Shown here in pieces: positions 35,525-47,790 of a stretch of DNA of 64,000 nucleotides (its first letter is position 1; each line of letters begins with the position of its first letter). This DNA comes from Octopus sinensis (taxonomy: Eukaryota): positions 155,806,001-155,870,000 of the forward strand of contig NC_042998.1 of the NCBI RefSeq assembly GCF_006345805.1, read 5' to 3'. The notes beneath the pieces were generated by a model. The model searched no databases. It was not told where the DNA came from and saw only the letters and a list, made by a program, of their open reading frames with translations. A program made the position numbers and the translations under genes.

Positions 35525-36791
35525 CAGGTAGTAAATAGATACCTTTAATTTTCAAAATTTCTGATCTATACGTCTTAATATGTTTTCAGCGGAGTAGAAT
35601 TTACAATGTAATTATTCTTTTTCATTCCAGGTGCCATTATATTAAACATTTGCGAAGAGTAACCATGCCACACACAAGAAATTCAGCAGAGCTCTCAGAT
35701 TTTCAAAGAGGTCGTATTGTTGGGTAATCTGAGGCTGGTCTTAGCCAGCGAAAAATTGCCGAAAATCTTCAAATTCCTCTTGCTACTGTTAATAGAATTA
35801 TATTGCAATTCAAAAGCCAAGGAAAAGAATCAACAGATTCTCGTCCTGGCCGACCTGGGCCCTCGGAAAGGAAACTTCGCTGCTTGAAGAGAATTGTGGA
35901 AAATGAACACCATTCGAGGGTTTCTGACATTGCAAAACAACTAGAAGTTAGTCCAAGGACGTGTGTCACATATCTGCATAAGCTTGCGTATTATGGCTGA
36001 GCAGCTAGAAGAAAACCTTTCCTTCAGCCAATTAATATCATGAAAAGAAAGATATGGGCTAAGGAGATCTCAGAAAAATCCTGTCCATTTTGGGATAGAG
36101 TGATTTTCTCAGATGAATCCAGATTTGCATTATTTTCAGACAGTGGACGTGTTTGGGTCTGAAGGCTTCCCACTCAAGAATTTGATTTGAAACAACTCCA
36201 ACCAAATGTGAAACATGGCAGTATCTCTGTAATGGTATGGGAAGTTTTCAGCAGCAATGGTCGTTCTGAGCTGATCGAATGTGTTGGAACCATAAAGTCT
36301 GAAAAATACATCGAAATACTTAAGCAAGGATTACTTCCGATTTATTCACAAGATAACATAACGAAAAATTACTTTTTATTCATGGAAGATTGGGCTCCAT
36401 GCCACCAGCGAAAAGGAATCAACAATGGCTGACTGAAAATGGGATCAAAAAGCTTCCTTGGCTGGGCCAGTCTCCTGACATGAACCCAGTTGAAAATCTT
36501 TGAAGCATACTAGATAGAACTATAAGAAAAACTCAACAAAAACCTAAATCTAAATATGAATTGCTTCGATTGTTGCGTGAAAAGTGGGCAGAAATTTCAC
36601 AAGAAACAATCACAAAGCTCACCAGTTTAATGCCAAAAAGAGTTTCTGAATTAAAAACTGCAAAGGGAATATCAACTAAATACTAAAGTATGTAGTCCTA
36701 CCTATCGATTACATTTCGATTGTTCGCTTTGCGTATTAAATAAAAGATTTTGAAAATTAAAGGTGTCTATTTACTTCCCGCATGTCTGTGT

Positions 36792-36792
<1 letters not shown>
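35469..36792 (+). mobile_element. Second Tc1-family transposon with a dead DD34E transposase (35665-36686)
   Basis: TIR core CATGC(A/G)GG(T/A)AGTAAATAGA(T/C)ACCTTTAATTTTCAAAAT at both ends, TA at 35467-68 and 36793-94. ELSDFQRGRIVG, VIFSDESRF, FMEDWAPCH, SPDMNPVENL. Confidence 0.88.
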
Positions 36793-36839
<47 letters not shown>

Positions 36840-37128
36840 GCGCGCGCACACACGCACACACACATTCATAATCAGGATACACAGTATTGCTAGAAATAGG
36901 AGTCAAACGGCTCCAGAACTACAGTAAATCACTTATATACACACTGGCAAATTCAAGAAAACGAGTATATAAAAAGCCATCTTACCAATAGCGAGTAGAA
37001 ATCGCAAATGAGTTGCAGACGTACTTATATCACATGACATCGGACCCTGTGATAAACACTTAGTTTTCGTCAGTGAGTATTATGCCGAGGACTAAAATAC
37101 TCGCGGCACCATGTGTGTATTGATCATA

Positions 37129-37522
37129 TGAATGCTGTGGTAATTTCAAAATGATCGAAATGAGTAAAATTATAAAAATATATAAAGATATTAATTAAAA
37201 AATGAATAAGTGGCTAGAAAGTATAAAATATCCAAAAAGGTAAAATTATTAATATATAAATCAGGGTTTAAGATAGTACACATTATTGCTAGACATAGGG
37301 GTGAAACGGCTCAAGAACCACCGTGGTAAGATGGCTTTTTAATATACTCATTTCCTCGAATTCACCAGTGTGTATATAAGGGATTTTCTGTGGTTCTTGA
37401 GACGTTTGACTCCTGTTTTACCTATTTGGTTATTTTATGCTTGCTAGCCACTTAATAATATCGTTATATATTTTTTTATAATTTTACTCACTTCGATCAT
37501 TTTGAAATTTCCGCAGCATTCA
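37129..37522. mobile_element. MITE with ~110-bp AT-rich TIRs and TA flanks
   Basis: TGAATGCTG.GG.AATTTCAAAATGATCGAA...TTCGATCATTTTGAAATT.CC.CAGCATTCA. An extra copy of its inner arm lies at 36890-37000. Confidence 0.65.
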
Positions 37523-37651
37523 TATAGTAACCCTCCTTTTGAAATTCACACGCTTCCGTAACTTCAATTTTCTACTTTCTGACGCCATAGCCACCTCTCC
37601 GCGCATTGAAAAAAAAAATAAAATAAAACAGAAAAAAAAGACAAGAATCTT

Positions 37652-37813
37652 GGCGCAGGAGTGGCTGTGTGGTAAGTAGCTTGCTAGCCAACCACATGGT
37701 TCCGGGTTCAGTCCCACTGCGTGGCATCTTGGGCAAGTGTCTTCTGCTATAGCCTCGGGCCGACCAAAGCCTTGTGAGTGGATTTGGTAGACGGAAACTG
37801 AAAGAAGCCTGTC

Positions 37814-37900
<87 letters not shown>

Positions 37901-38133
37901 TGTTTATGTTTGTGTGTCTGTGTTTGTCCCTCTAGCATTGCTTGACAACCGATGCTGGTGTGTTTACGTCCCCGTCACTTAGCGGTTCGGCAAAAGAGAC
38001 CGATAGAATAAGTACTGGGCTTACAAAAAATAAGTCCCGGGGTCGATTTGCTCGTCTGAAGGCGGTGCTCCAGCATGGCCGCAGTCAAATGACTGAAACA
38101 AGTAAAAGAGTAAAAGAGTAAGAGTAAAGAGTA
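37652..38133 (+). mobile_element. SINE family A, best-preserved full-length copy
   Basis: GGCGCAGGAGTGGCTGTGTGGTAAG head, GGGTTCAGTCC B-box, internal (TA)n(TG)n, tail GGCGGTGCTCCAGCATGGCCGCAGTCAAATGACTGAAACAAG plus (TAAAAGAG)n. Minus-strand copies at 38379-38706, 44400-44715, 49520-49940, 60895-61385 and 61540-61660. Confidence 0.9.
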
Positions 38134-38718
38134 ATCTCAACCTTTTAGTAACAAAGTTCTTGGCCCTCCCTCACCAGCCAGTTACTTACAAGTGCGCTCG
38201 CCATTCCATAAACCAGCTCTCGATATTCAGCATTTAAGCCCACCAAATGTATCACACCCTACTAAACAAGAAAAACCTAATATTTACTCTAAATCTAAAT
38301 GAACATTTCTTCTCCAGTGGTTCCTTATGAACTATCCCGTGGATCTCTATATTTTCTATCGTTTATCTTTTCCTTTTTTTTCAGTCATTAGATTGCGGCC
38401 AATGCTGGAGAACCACCTTGAAGAATTTTAGTCAGACGAATCGACCCCACTACTTATTTTTTGCTAAGCTTGGTACTTATCCTATCGGCATCTTTTGCCG
38501 AACCGCTAAGCTACGGGGACGTAAACACACCAACTCCGGTGGGAGACAAGCACAGTCACAAAGACACACATGGCAAGCTTCTTTCAGTTTCCAGTTACCA
38601 AATTCACCCACAAGGCTTTGGTCGGCCCGAAGGTTCCCCGCAGTGGGACTGAACCCGGAATCGTGATTGGGAAGCAAGCTTCTTACTACACAGTTACGCC
38701 TGCGCCTAAATATTAACG

Positions 38719-38778
38719 TTCCTATGCCGGGAGTCGAAACTGAGCCACCTGGGTGAAAGCCAGGAATCCTAACCACTA
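38719..38778 (-). pseudogene. 5'-truncated tRNA-Glu(TTC) pseudogene or fragment
   Basis: TAGTGGTTAGGATTCCTGGCTTTCACCCAGGTGGCTCAGTTTCGACTCCCGGCATAGGAA: anticodon loop CTTTCAC and T-arm present, 5' acceptor strand missing. Confidence 0.7.
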
Positions 38779-39769
38779 CCGTTATTTTAATTTAATTTTT
38801 CTCATCTTTCAATGTCAGTTTCATCTTTCCCTTATTTTGATGTTAGTGAATGCGTGCGCAGAATGCCTCAATAGATAAAGTGAGAACATGTATGGTTCCT
38901 CAACTTGCGTCGGCTGTATGAATATGTGACGCCATATGTGTTTATTCGTGCCCCTACTATCCGTTTGTAGATACTTTTTGTTGCAGTGACTGACATCACT
39001 CACTTCCTTGTTTAAACAAGCATGACATCAGGTTCTAATCCATCACCTTTCTTATTTTTTCCACTTCTTTCCCAAATTATCTTTCATTTTCCCCAAAGAA
39101 CTTCTCCATCCGACTACTTCCCTCCGACGCATGCGCAACTACTAACACTCTGCCATTATGTTTCTTTACTGTATCCAACCTCTCGTGGATGAAAGACGAA
39201 GAAAATTCTCCTTGTGTCCGAAATGTTGGAAACTCATCTCCTGACTGTGTACAAACGCAAGAAACTGCCAATAAACACATTTTTTTTGTTGGCACAGATA
39301 ATAGTCTCCCAAGATTTCGCATTTCTTAACATTCTTCTCTCCTCCATCTCATCTTTATTTTATACTTCGCATTCCTTTAGCTTCTTTCTTATTCTGTATT
39401 TAATATTTTCTCTTTACTTGTCACTATTCCTCGCATTTTCCCGCGCACTCTCACTTGAGTATTTTCTTCTCTCTTTCACTTAAATCAATTTGTTTTAGTC
39501 CTTCTTTGGTTCCGTCTTTCAATCAATCCGTTTACTCCTACTTCATTCATTTTCTCTCCTGTTTCTCTCACTTCTCAGTGTCTTCTTATTACTCTAATTT
39601 ATTTCTTAGCTCATGTCATTTTTTTCTACCATCTACTTTTTTTTCTCTTTTGCTTTTTATTTTCACACTCATACTTACTTTCCACCGACCTTGTCTCTTT
39701 TCCTCTTTTTCTTTCAATGTATTTACTAAATGTACTGTATGTAATTATGTATTTTTGTTTGTCTGTATG

Positions 39770-39874
<105 letters not shown>

Positions 39875-40323
39875 TTACCTTTACAAGAAGGATGATTGGC
39901 TTCGTCCTGCTAGCCTTCGATGAAGGCCAACGTGCTAGAACTTCGAAGTTACTCTCACCTCTCTGCTTGTAGAAGTATAATAAATATGTGCTTCACAAAA
40001 TTATTGAGTGATGTTTCAGTTTAATGTTAAATTGTTTTTATTATAACCCAACATAAGGCGGTGAGCTGGCAGAATCTTTAGTACGTCGGATAATGTGAGT
40101 AGTGGCATTTTCTGCTTCTTCACGTTCTCAGTTCAAATTCTGCCGAGGTCGACCTTGCTTTCATACGTACCAGCTGAGTACATGAGTTAATGTAATCCTT
40201 CCCCAAAAATTCACCTTCCCCTAAATTTCAGGCTTTGTACCTTTAGTGGAAAGGATTATAATTAGACATAGAAATATTTACACACACACACACACACATA
40301 TATATAAGTTGGGATGCATGGCG

Positions 40324-40387
<64 letters not shown>

Positions 40388-40607
40388 CGGAGATGTACTC
40401 GCATAGCAAGTAATTTGATCTGAGATCGTGTGCTGAAACGAAAACAATTGCAGCGTGGAAGGTGTTTATAAGCCATTTAAGAAACACACAAAAGCCGTTC
40501 GATTCACTCCAACATTTAAGTTTAATTTGTCAAAATATTTTCGTCGCTAAAATCCGCGACCTGTTCACTGACAAAGTCCGTGCTGCATCTAACACACACA
40601 CACACAC

Positions 40608-40663
<56 letters not shown>

Positions 40664-40734
40664 CAATATGGACCACGTGTGTATCGTTGGCGATTTTCTT
40701 CCTTCGTTTTCCCTTCTTTGGACTTTTTCTATAT

Positions 40735-40769
40735 ATTTCTGACGAAGAGCTCCGCTCGAAACGTGAAAT
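40735..40769 (+). ncRNA. Minimal hammerhead-like motif (PLE type), cleavage triplet GUG
   Basis: ATTT-CTGACGA-A-GAGC-TCC-GCTC-GAAA-CGT-G-AAAT. Confidence 0.55.
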
Positions 40770-40869
40770 CCCCTTTCTTTTCTTCTTCCTTTTCCTGAGC
40801 ATCCAATAACACTGTACTTATTCCACGTCATCGCGTTGTTTTTTTTTTCTTGCTTATTCATGTTTGGAT

Positions 40870-40972
<103 letters not shown>

Positions 40973-42162
40973 GATAAGGCCGGTTTATGGGATTACCTTA
41001 GGTTTCACGTCCATAAAGAGCTTGCCTTTATGGTGTATCATAAAATCCCCAAACCTGTTGGCTAAAGGCCTCTCTAACGAGTGGCCTCTCTAGAATGTAT
41101 ATATGTACACGCACGTACCCCTTTTTATATATCTACTTAATATCTTATCTAGAGTTAATATAAAATATCAATTCGCATCTCGTTATATATGTATTGAATA
41201 TAGAAGTAATATCAATATATCGCTATCTACGTTTATTATTACTTAATGGATGAAGGCGGCGATCTGACAAAATCGTTTCTGCGCCAAAATGCTTAGCGAC
41301 ATTTCGTCCCACTTTACGTTGTGAGTTCAAATGCCACCGAGATTGACTTTGCCTTTCATTCTTTCGGGATCGATAACATAAGCATAGGCCCGGGAATAGC
41401 GGGTACAAGGGTGAAAGCGCACCCTCTAACATTTTTTTGATGGAGTAGGGGGAAATGAAAATGCTTTGAACATCCTGCGTTGAATCTGGGTATACATCCC
41501 TAAGCAAATTTCGTTCCCGTACTTATGTACATAAGTGAGTACCTGTTGAGCACAGGGGTTGTTGTAATCAACTCCCCCAGTTCCCATAAAAAATTGCTGG
41601 CTTTGTGCCAAAAGTTAAAGGCATTATTTATTGATACACTATCATTCACGTTAGCGAATGCTGTTGAGTCGAAGTCAAGCTATTAATGAATTTAATCCTC
41701 TATGTTTTGATTACGAAATGAAAGGTACCGTGTTTTGTAACATGATAAAATGCTGGATTGTGGAAGAAGCATCCTGATCTTGGAAATGTAATTCTGGGAA
41801 AAATTTTTTTATACTTACAAGTGCCTAGTGGGTACAAGCTAAATGCTTCTTATGATAAAAAATTTGCTAGTAAACCAGCGGAGTGCTCATGCTCGTCAAT
41901 GAGCGAAAACACCAGACAATGCCCATCTACATGATAGTTTGATGCTTGATATTATTGCAGTACATAACACTGTAATCTTCGTATATGCCCTGTGATTAAT
42001 CATGCGACACACCATGGTAATCGTACTAAACCCACTACTGCTGACTACCTATCAACGGTCAGTATGTTTGGGAACACATCGATGGGCAAAGATCGATTGT
42101 GTGAACGGGCCTTAACCGATGCCAGTCGTTTATCGGTCGTTAGATGTAACGATATTAATTTT

Positions 42163-42863
42163 GGATCTTTTCCTTTTGAACGGCACATGTCAACACAATT
42201 TCTAGTTAACTAAACACTTTAAAACTTCGTATACTGGGTAGAATGTGTCAAAATAAAACATTTTTTTCTCTTGGCTTTCTTGATAAAATTGTAATTCGTT
42301 TGTTTAACGTAGTTTACTTTTTCGAATTTTAACCAATGAATCGCCTCTAATTTAGCTAAAATCATTTGCTGCGTCTAAAACTGAGACAACATCCTGTCAC
42401 TAACCCTAAACCTCACCCTAACCCTAAACTTTTTTTCTTAATTGTTAAATTAATTTAATTGTTACGCGTGTAAAAAAAACCCAAAGGCTAAAACGAAAGC
42501 AATGGAAAATAATTTAAACGATTAACAAACAAAATAACTCTATAATTTTATACACACGCTTTCCGTACGTTTTTTTTTCTTAATTGTTATCCTTAAATTA
42601 ATTTAACAATTAAGAAAAACGAAAGGCAAAAATTTAGGGTTAGGGTTTTAGACGCAGCAAATGATTTTAGCTCAATTAGAGGCGATTCATTGGTTAAAAT
42701 TCGAAAAAGTAAACTACGTTGAACAAACGAATTACAATTTTATCAAGAAAGCCAAGAGAAAAAAATGTTTTATTTTGACACATTCTACCCAGTATACGAA
42801 GTTTTAAAGTGTTTAGTTAACTAGAAATTGTGTTGACATGTGCCGTTCAAAAGGAAAAGATCC
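42163..42863. mobile_element. Merlin-like foldback MITE (701 bp)
   Basis: GGATC...GATCC termini, ~217-bp TIRs with 2 mismatches seen, 8-bp TSD TTAATTTT, interior CCCTAA/TTAGGG motifs. Confidence 0.9.
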
Positions 42864-44749
42864 TTAATTTTTAATGAAGAATCTGTAAAGGAAGTGGAAA
42901 TCTTTAATATAATACTCCTTTTCTTTCTGGTGGACTGATCTTTTCATTTTATTCGTCTTACAAAGGATAAATTTTTCTAAGGGCTGGTTTCAGTTAACCC
43001 TACGAAAATCACAGCAATAATTTCTCAAATAACACCGTGGAAGACGCATGGTAATTTCGAAGGTTGTGTGTATGTGCGTGTGTATAGACAAAAAATATGC
43101 GTGTTCCATGCTGCAAAATACCGTACTTAACTTACACCATATTTCTTCCCAATTTACTATGGTTAAAATACTCGTCATGTGATTATGATTTTCAGTAACT
43201 GAAATGGCATTAATTTTCCAAACTTATTGTCGTGGGCATTATTTAAAAATTTAAATTTATTTCTGCCTGGATGACGCGAGATATGTTTTCTCTTAAAGCG
43301 GACGTACTTGATAAGAGTTGGGAGAAGGAAACAAAATTAAGAATTGTTTTAAAAGAAATTAGTCTTCTATTCTAAAATTTTCCTTCATGATATATCAGAA
43401 CTAGTGCTGATAATTAAAAAAAATCATTCATAAGATTTCATGAAACGCGCAAAACACTCTGATGATGAAGATATTTGTTTAGACTACATGAAATTTCCAT
43501 TGCAGTGAATGTGTTTCTGAGATTCTTTTATGTATTCTACGTTTCATAAACAAGTGGTTCGCATAAAGACATGCAGTAGTTGTTAAGAACAGCCTTAAAC
43601 AGATGGAAATCATTATTGTTCTCATTTCTGAAGGCAATCATTCAATTTTTATTCGCTGACAATTTTTGCGAATACACTATCACTGAAACTAAATATACCT
43701 TTGTTAAATGAAAAATCCCTTTAAAATTGGCTCAAGTCGACCCAATTCTTGTGAGAGAATTTGGCTGGTAGAAACTGAATCTGTTGACTGGACTATATTT
43801 GGAATTCCAAGATCTAAGTCTCATCACTCATTGCGTCACACTGATACGCTGATTCTATATGTGTGTGAAGGCGCGCAACTTAATGATTAAGGTGCTTTGC
43901 TGATAATCATAAGGTCGTGGGTTCGACTTTTTGATCGGGCAACACGTCGTGTCATTGAGCAAGGTGCTTTATTTCACGTTGCAACAGTCTACACGGCCGA
44001 GAGGCCATGAATGTATGCTCTTTGTGGGGAAGGTAGGACACTTGTCGTGCTTATGACGCCCACTGAGGCAGAAACTGGTGTTCACGGCTCTCTTCTTATT
44101 TCCAAACAAAAGCTCTCTCCTTTTCCTTAATGGTACGTATGTCAGCATTGGAAGACCCTTCATTCATAAGATTATCTCCCCTTCTTATATGGAACCAGTC
44201 TCAAATGCCTTCCAGTAATTGTGATCCACACGCTAAAAGCGGTGATACTTTTAATAAATCAAAAATATATACTGTATACCTCTTTTTGACTTTGTTGTTC
44301 ATATACAGGGCACTGGCCACTGGGTTATTTCTCTTAGTCCATTGTTGTTGCATATATACGTAACATATATACATACATATATACATACATTATACATATA
44401 TCTTTTATCTTCTATATTTTACTTGTTTCGGCCATTAGACTGTGGCCATGCTGGGGCATTGAGATGAAGAAATTTTTTTAGTCAAATAAATCGACACCAT
44501 TACTTATTAATCTTAAATCATAGTACTTATTCTATCAGTTTCTTTTTTGCCGAAACGCTAAGTTACGGGGACGTAAACAAACCAATTTCCGTCTACCAAA
44601 TACATTTACAAGGCTTTGGTCGACCCGAGGCTATGGTAGAGGACACTGGCCCAAGGTGTCACGCAGTGGAATTGAACCTGGAATCATGTGGTTGGGAAGC
44701 GATCTTCTTACCACATGCATATCTAAATATATAAACATATATTTGCTTA

Positions 44750-44858
44750 TATGTATGTTTATATGTATGTGTACATACATATGCACGCACGTACGTACGT
44801 ACATACATACGTACATACGTACGTACATACATACGTACATACGTACATACATACATAC

Positions 44859-44889
<31 letters not shown>

Positions 44890-44895
44890 CATACA

Positions 44896-44925
<30 letters not shown>
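44750..44925. repeat. (ACAT)n/(ACGT) microsatellite abutting the LINE 5' end
   Basis: Tetranucleotide array. Confidence 0.9.
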
Positions 44926-44928
<3 letters not shown>

Positions 44929-47556
44929 TTGGAACAAAGAGAATGAATTTAACCAAGATGCTCTGTGACTGGAAGAAATCCGAAAAGTTATTGCTCCTGC
45001 ATTACATCCAAGACATACAACATTGATGGTGAAACTCTTGCAACAGTGATCCAGAAACTCCAGAATGGAAAAGCTCCTGGAAGAGACTTGATTGTAGGAT
45101 ATTGGTACAAGAAACTAACATTCTACTGACCATATCTTATCAATCTGTACCAGCAAGCTTTTATTGGCAACAATAGCATACTACACTGGTTAGCTCTGGC
45201 AGAGAAAATTGATCTCCAAATGCAGGACCACCCACATGGCAAAAAGCTACCAGCCAATTGCATGCCAGAACTTAATGTATAAAATATATGCAGCATGTTT
45301 AAACCTATTCCTCCAGGACCACTGTGAAACCAATAACATTATCACAGAAGAACAAGCAGCTGGGAAGAAGGGAGTCAGGGGATGTGCTGAGCAATTGTTA
45401 ATCAACAAAACTGTGATGTCAGAGGTGTGAGAGCATAGGACGAACCTAGTTTCAATGTGGCTAGACTACAAGAAAACCTTTGACTCTGTTCCCCACTCAT
45501 GATTGCTAGAAGCCCTTCAACTTTCTAAAGTTCCTGTGAGAATAATCAAAGACATAGCTGACCTGACTTCATCTTCGGCCACTATCTTGAAATTAAATAG
45601 AAAGAGTGAATGTATTATCACCGATAGAATACAAAATCGCAAAGGCATATTCCAAGGAGACAGCTTCTCTCTGATGCTGTTTATACTTTCTGTAAACCCC
45701 TTGTCATTCATGTTAAAGGAGTCTGAAGGATATCTCACTGGTTCACAAGGCAACAGAAATACCAAAATTATACACCGTTTCTTTATGGATGACTTGAAAC
45801 TTTATGCAAAGAATATGCATGGGATGAAAAAGAGCCCTGACCTAGTTACAACATCCTCATAGGATGTAGGATTGGAGTTTGGTCAGGATAAATGTTATCA
45901 TATGGTTGTGAAAAGGGGGAAAACTATAAATCAGACTAGTAACATCTCCATTTATGATTTGACTGTTCCCCCTGTATCTGATGAGAAATGTTACAGGTAT
46001 CTAGGGGTGGATGAAAATATATCTTACAATGGCACCTATCACTAAAACACATGTCACTAAAGAATATTACTGCCAAATAAAGAAAATTTGGACCTCAGAA
46101 CTCTCAGCATTCAATAAAACTGGCCCACAATGTGTTTGCAGTGCCAGTACTTATACCAACATTTGGGCTGCTTGATTGCATGCATGATGAGATCTGAGTC
46201 ATTGATGTGAAAACCCGAAAAATACTAACAAACACACATAATTTCCATATAAACAGTGACATAGATTGCCTCTACCTAAAACAAAAACAAGGTGGAAGAG
46301 GCTTAACATCGATCCAAAATGTCTTTAAATGTCGCATCATATCCTTTCAGCAAGATCTTTTGACCACCAAGTGTTGAAGTGCATCCCTTGACCAAGTTTG
46401 CATACATGATGCTGATAACATCATAAGACTTGGAAGGCAGCTCCTTGAGCAACTCTCTTTGTGTGATAACCTAGAATACATATCCAAAGAAGTCACACAA
46501 CTCTACCGCAACGTATCATCAGATGAAAGGATGCGTATATAAGACCAGAAGATTATGCATTGATATGTTACTAGAAAGCTCCGTGATGATAGTAACATCA
46601 ATCATTAAAGCAGTTTATCATGGACCAATAACCGGATTACTACCTCCTACTTTGAAGGGTATGCATTTGCAATCCAAGAACAGGAAATACCAACCAAGTA
46701 CCTGATGCACAAAAGGGATAGATATGCAGGTAAAGCAGTAAAGTGTGACAACCAATGCAGACTCAGTGGAGTTCACACTGAAGATATCACCCACATCATA
46801 AGCAGTTGTCTGAAAATGTCATCACGGTATTATCTACTGATGACACATGATGTTGTAGCTAGGACACTCTATAATAAAATTCATTAGAAGAATAATACCG
46901 AGGACAAAGAAATAAGAACCCACAATATGGTAGAAGCCATAGCCACTCACAATAAAAAGGAATACTGGTGGAATGTACCAGTGAAGACCTCAATAAAATG
47001 TAAGCATAACAGACCTGTTATAATGATTTGGGATAGAGAAGAGAAATCGTGCATAGCAGTGGAAATTAACTGCCCAGTGGATGTTAACATAAAGCAGAAG
47101 ATCAATGAAAATGAGAACACCTATGCTGAACTATTGAGAAGTCTGCAGTTACTCTATCCAGGTTACAAGTTCAGGTTTATACCTGTAATTATTGGGGCCC
47201 TGGGGTATGTAACATACTACCTAAATACCAATCTTGTTAAATTAGGCTTCTCAAAACCAGAAAGGAGAAAGCTAATTTGAAGACTACAGAGCCAATCCAT
47301 CAATGAAACTGTAAAAATCTGTAAAACTTTCCAGAAGTTTATCATTTAAATATATATGAGCATGTCTAGATATGCAATTATATGCATGAGAATACATACA
47401 TAAAACATACAAATCTGCACATATACATACATACAAAAATACCCTGTTGTTGATGTTGAAATTCCAATGAAGTAGCCTTGGATCTAAGTTAGAAACCGGT
47501 TCTTTCTCTAGAGGCAAGAATTCTTGAAATTTACTGCATAATGACATCCATCCATC

Positions 47557-47590
<34 letters not shown>

Positions 47591-47790
47591 CAGATACATA
47601 CATACATACATATATACATACACACATACATACATACATACATACATACATACATACATACATACATACAAACAAACAAAAGTGCTCTGTTGTTGATGTT
47701 GATATTCCAATGAAGGAGCCTTGGATCTAAGTTAGAAACTGGTTCTTTCTCTATTGGCAAGAATCTTGAAATAAACTGATTAATGACATA
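44926..47790 (+). mobile_element. 5'-truncated R4/Dong-type non-LTR retrotransposon (RT plus restriction-like endonuclease), degraded
   Basis: KAPGRDLIVGYWYKK, WLDYKKTFDSVPH, GIFQGDS, FMDDLKLY, CRLSG..EDITHIISSC..HDVVAR, NRP..IWD..VEINCP. Coding ends at 47349; the 3' UTR unit is duplicated. Confidence 0.88.

Noticed and set aside
42990-43600. TTAA-CCCT, a possible piggyBac end
   Set aside because: No matching AGGG-TTAA end or transposase was seen.
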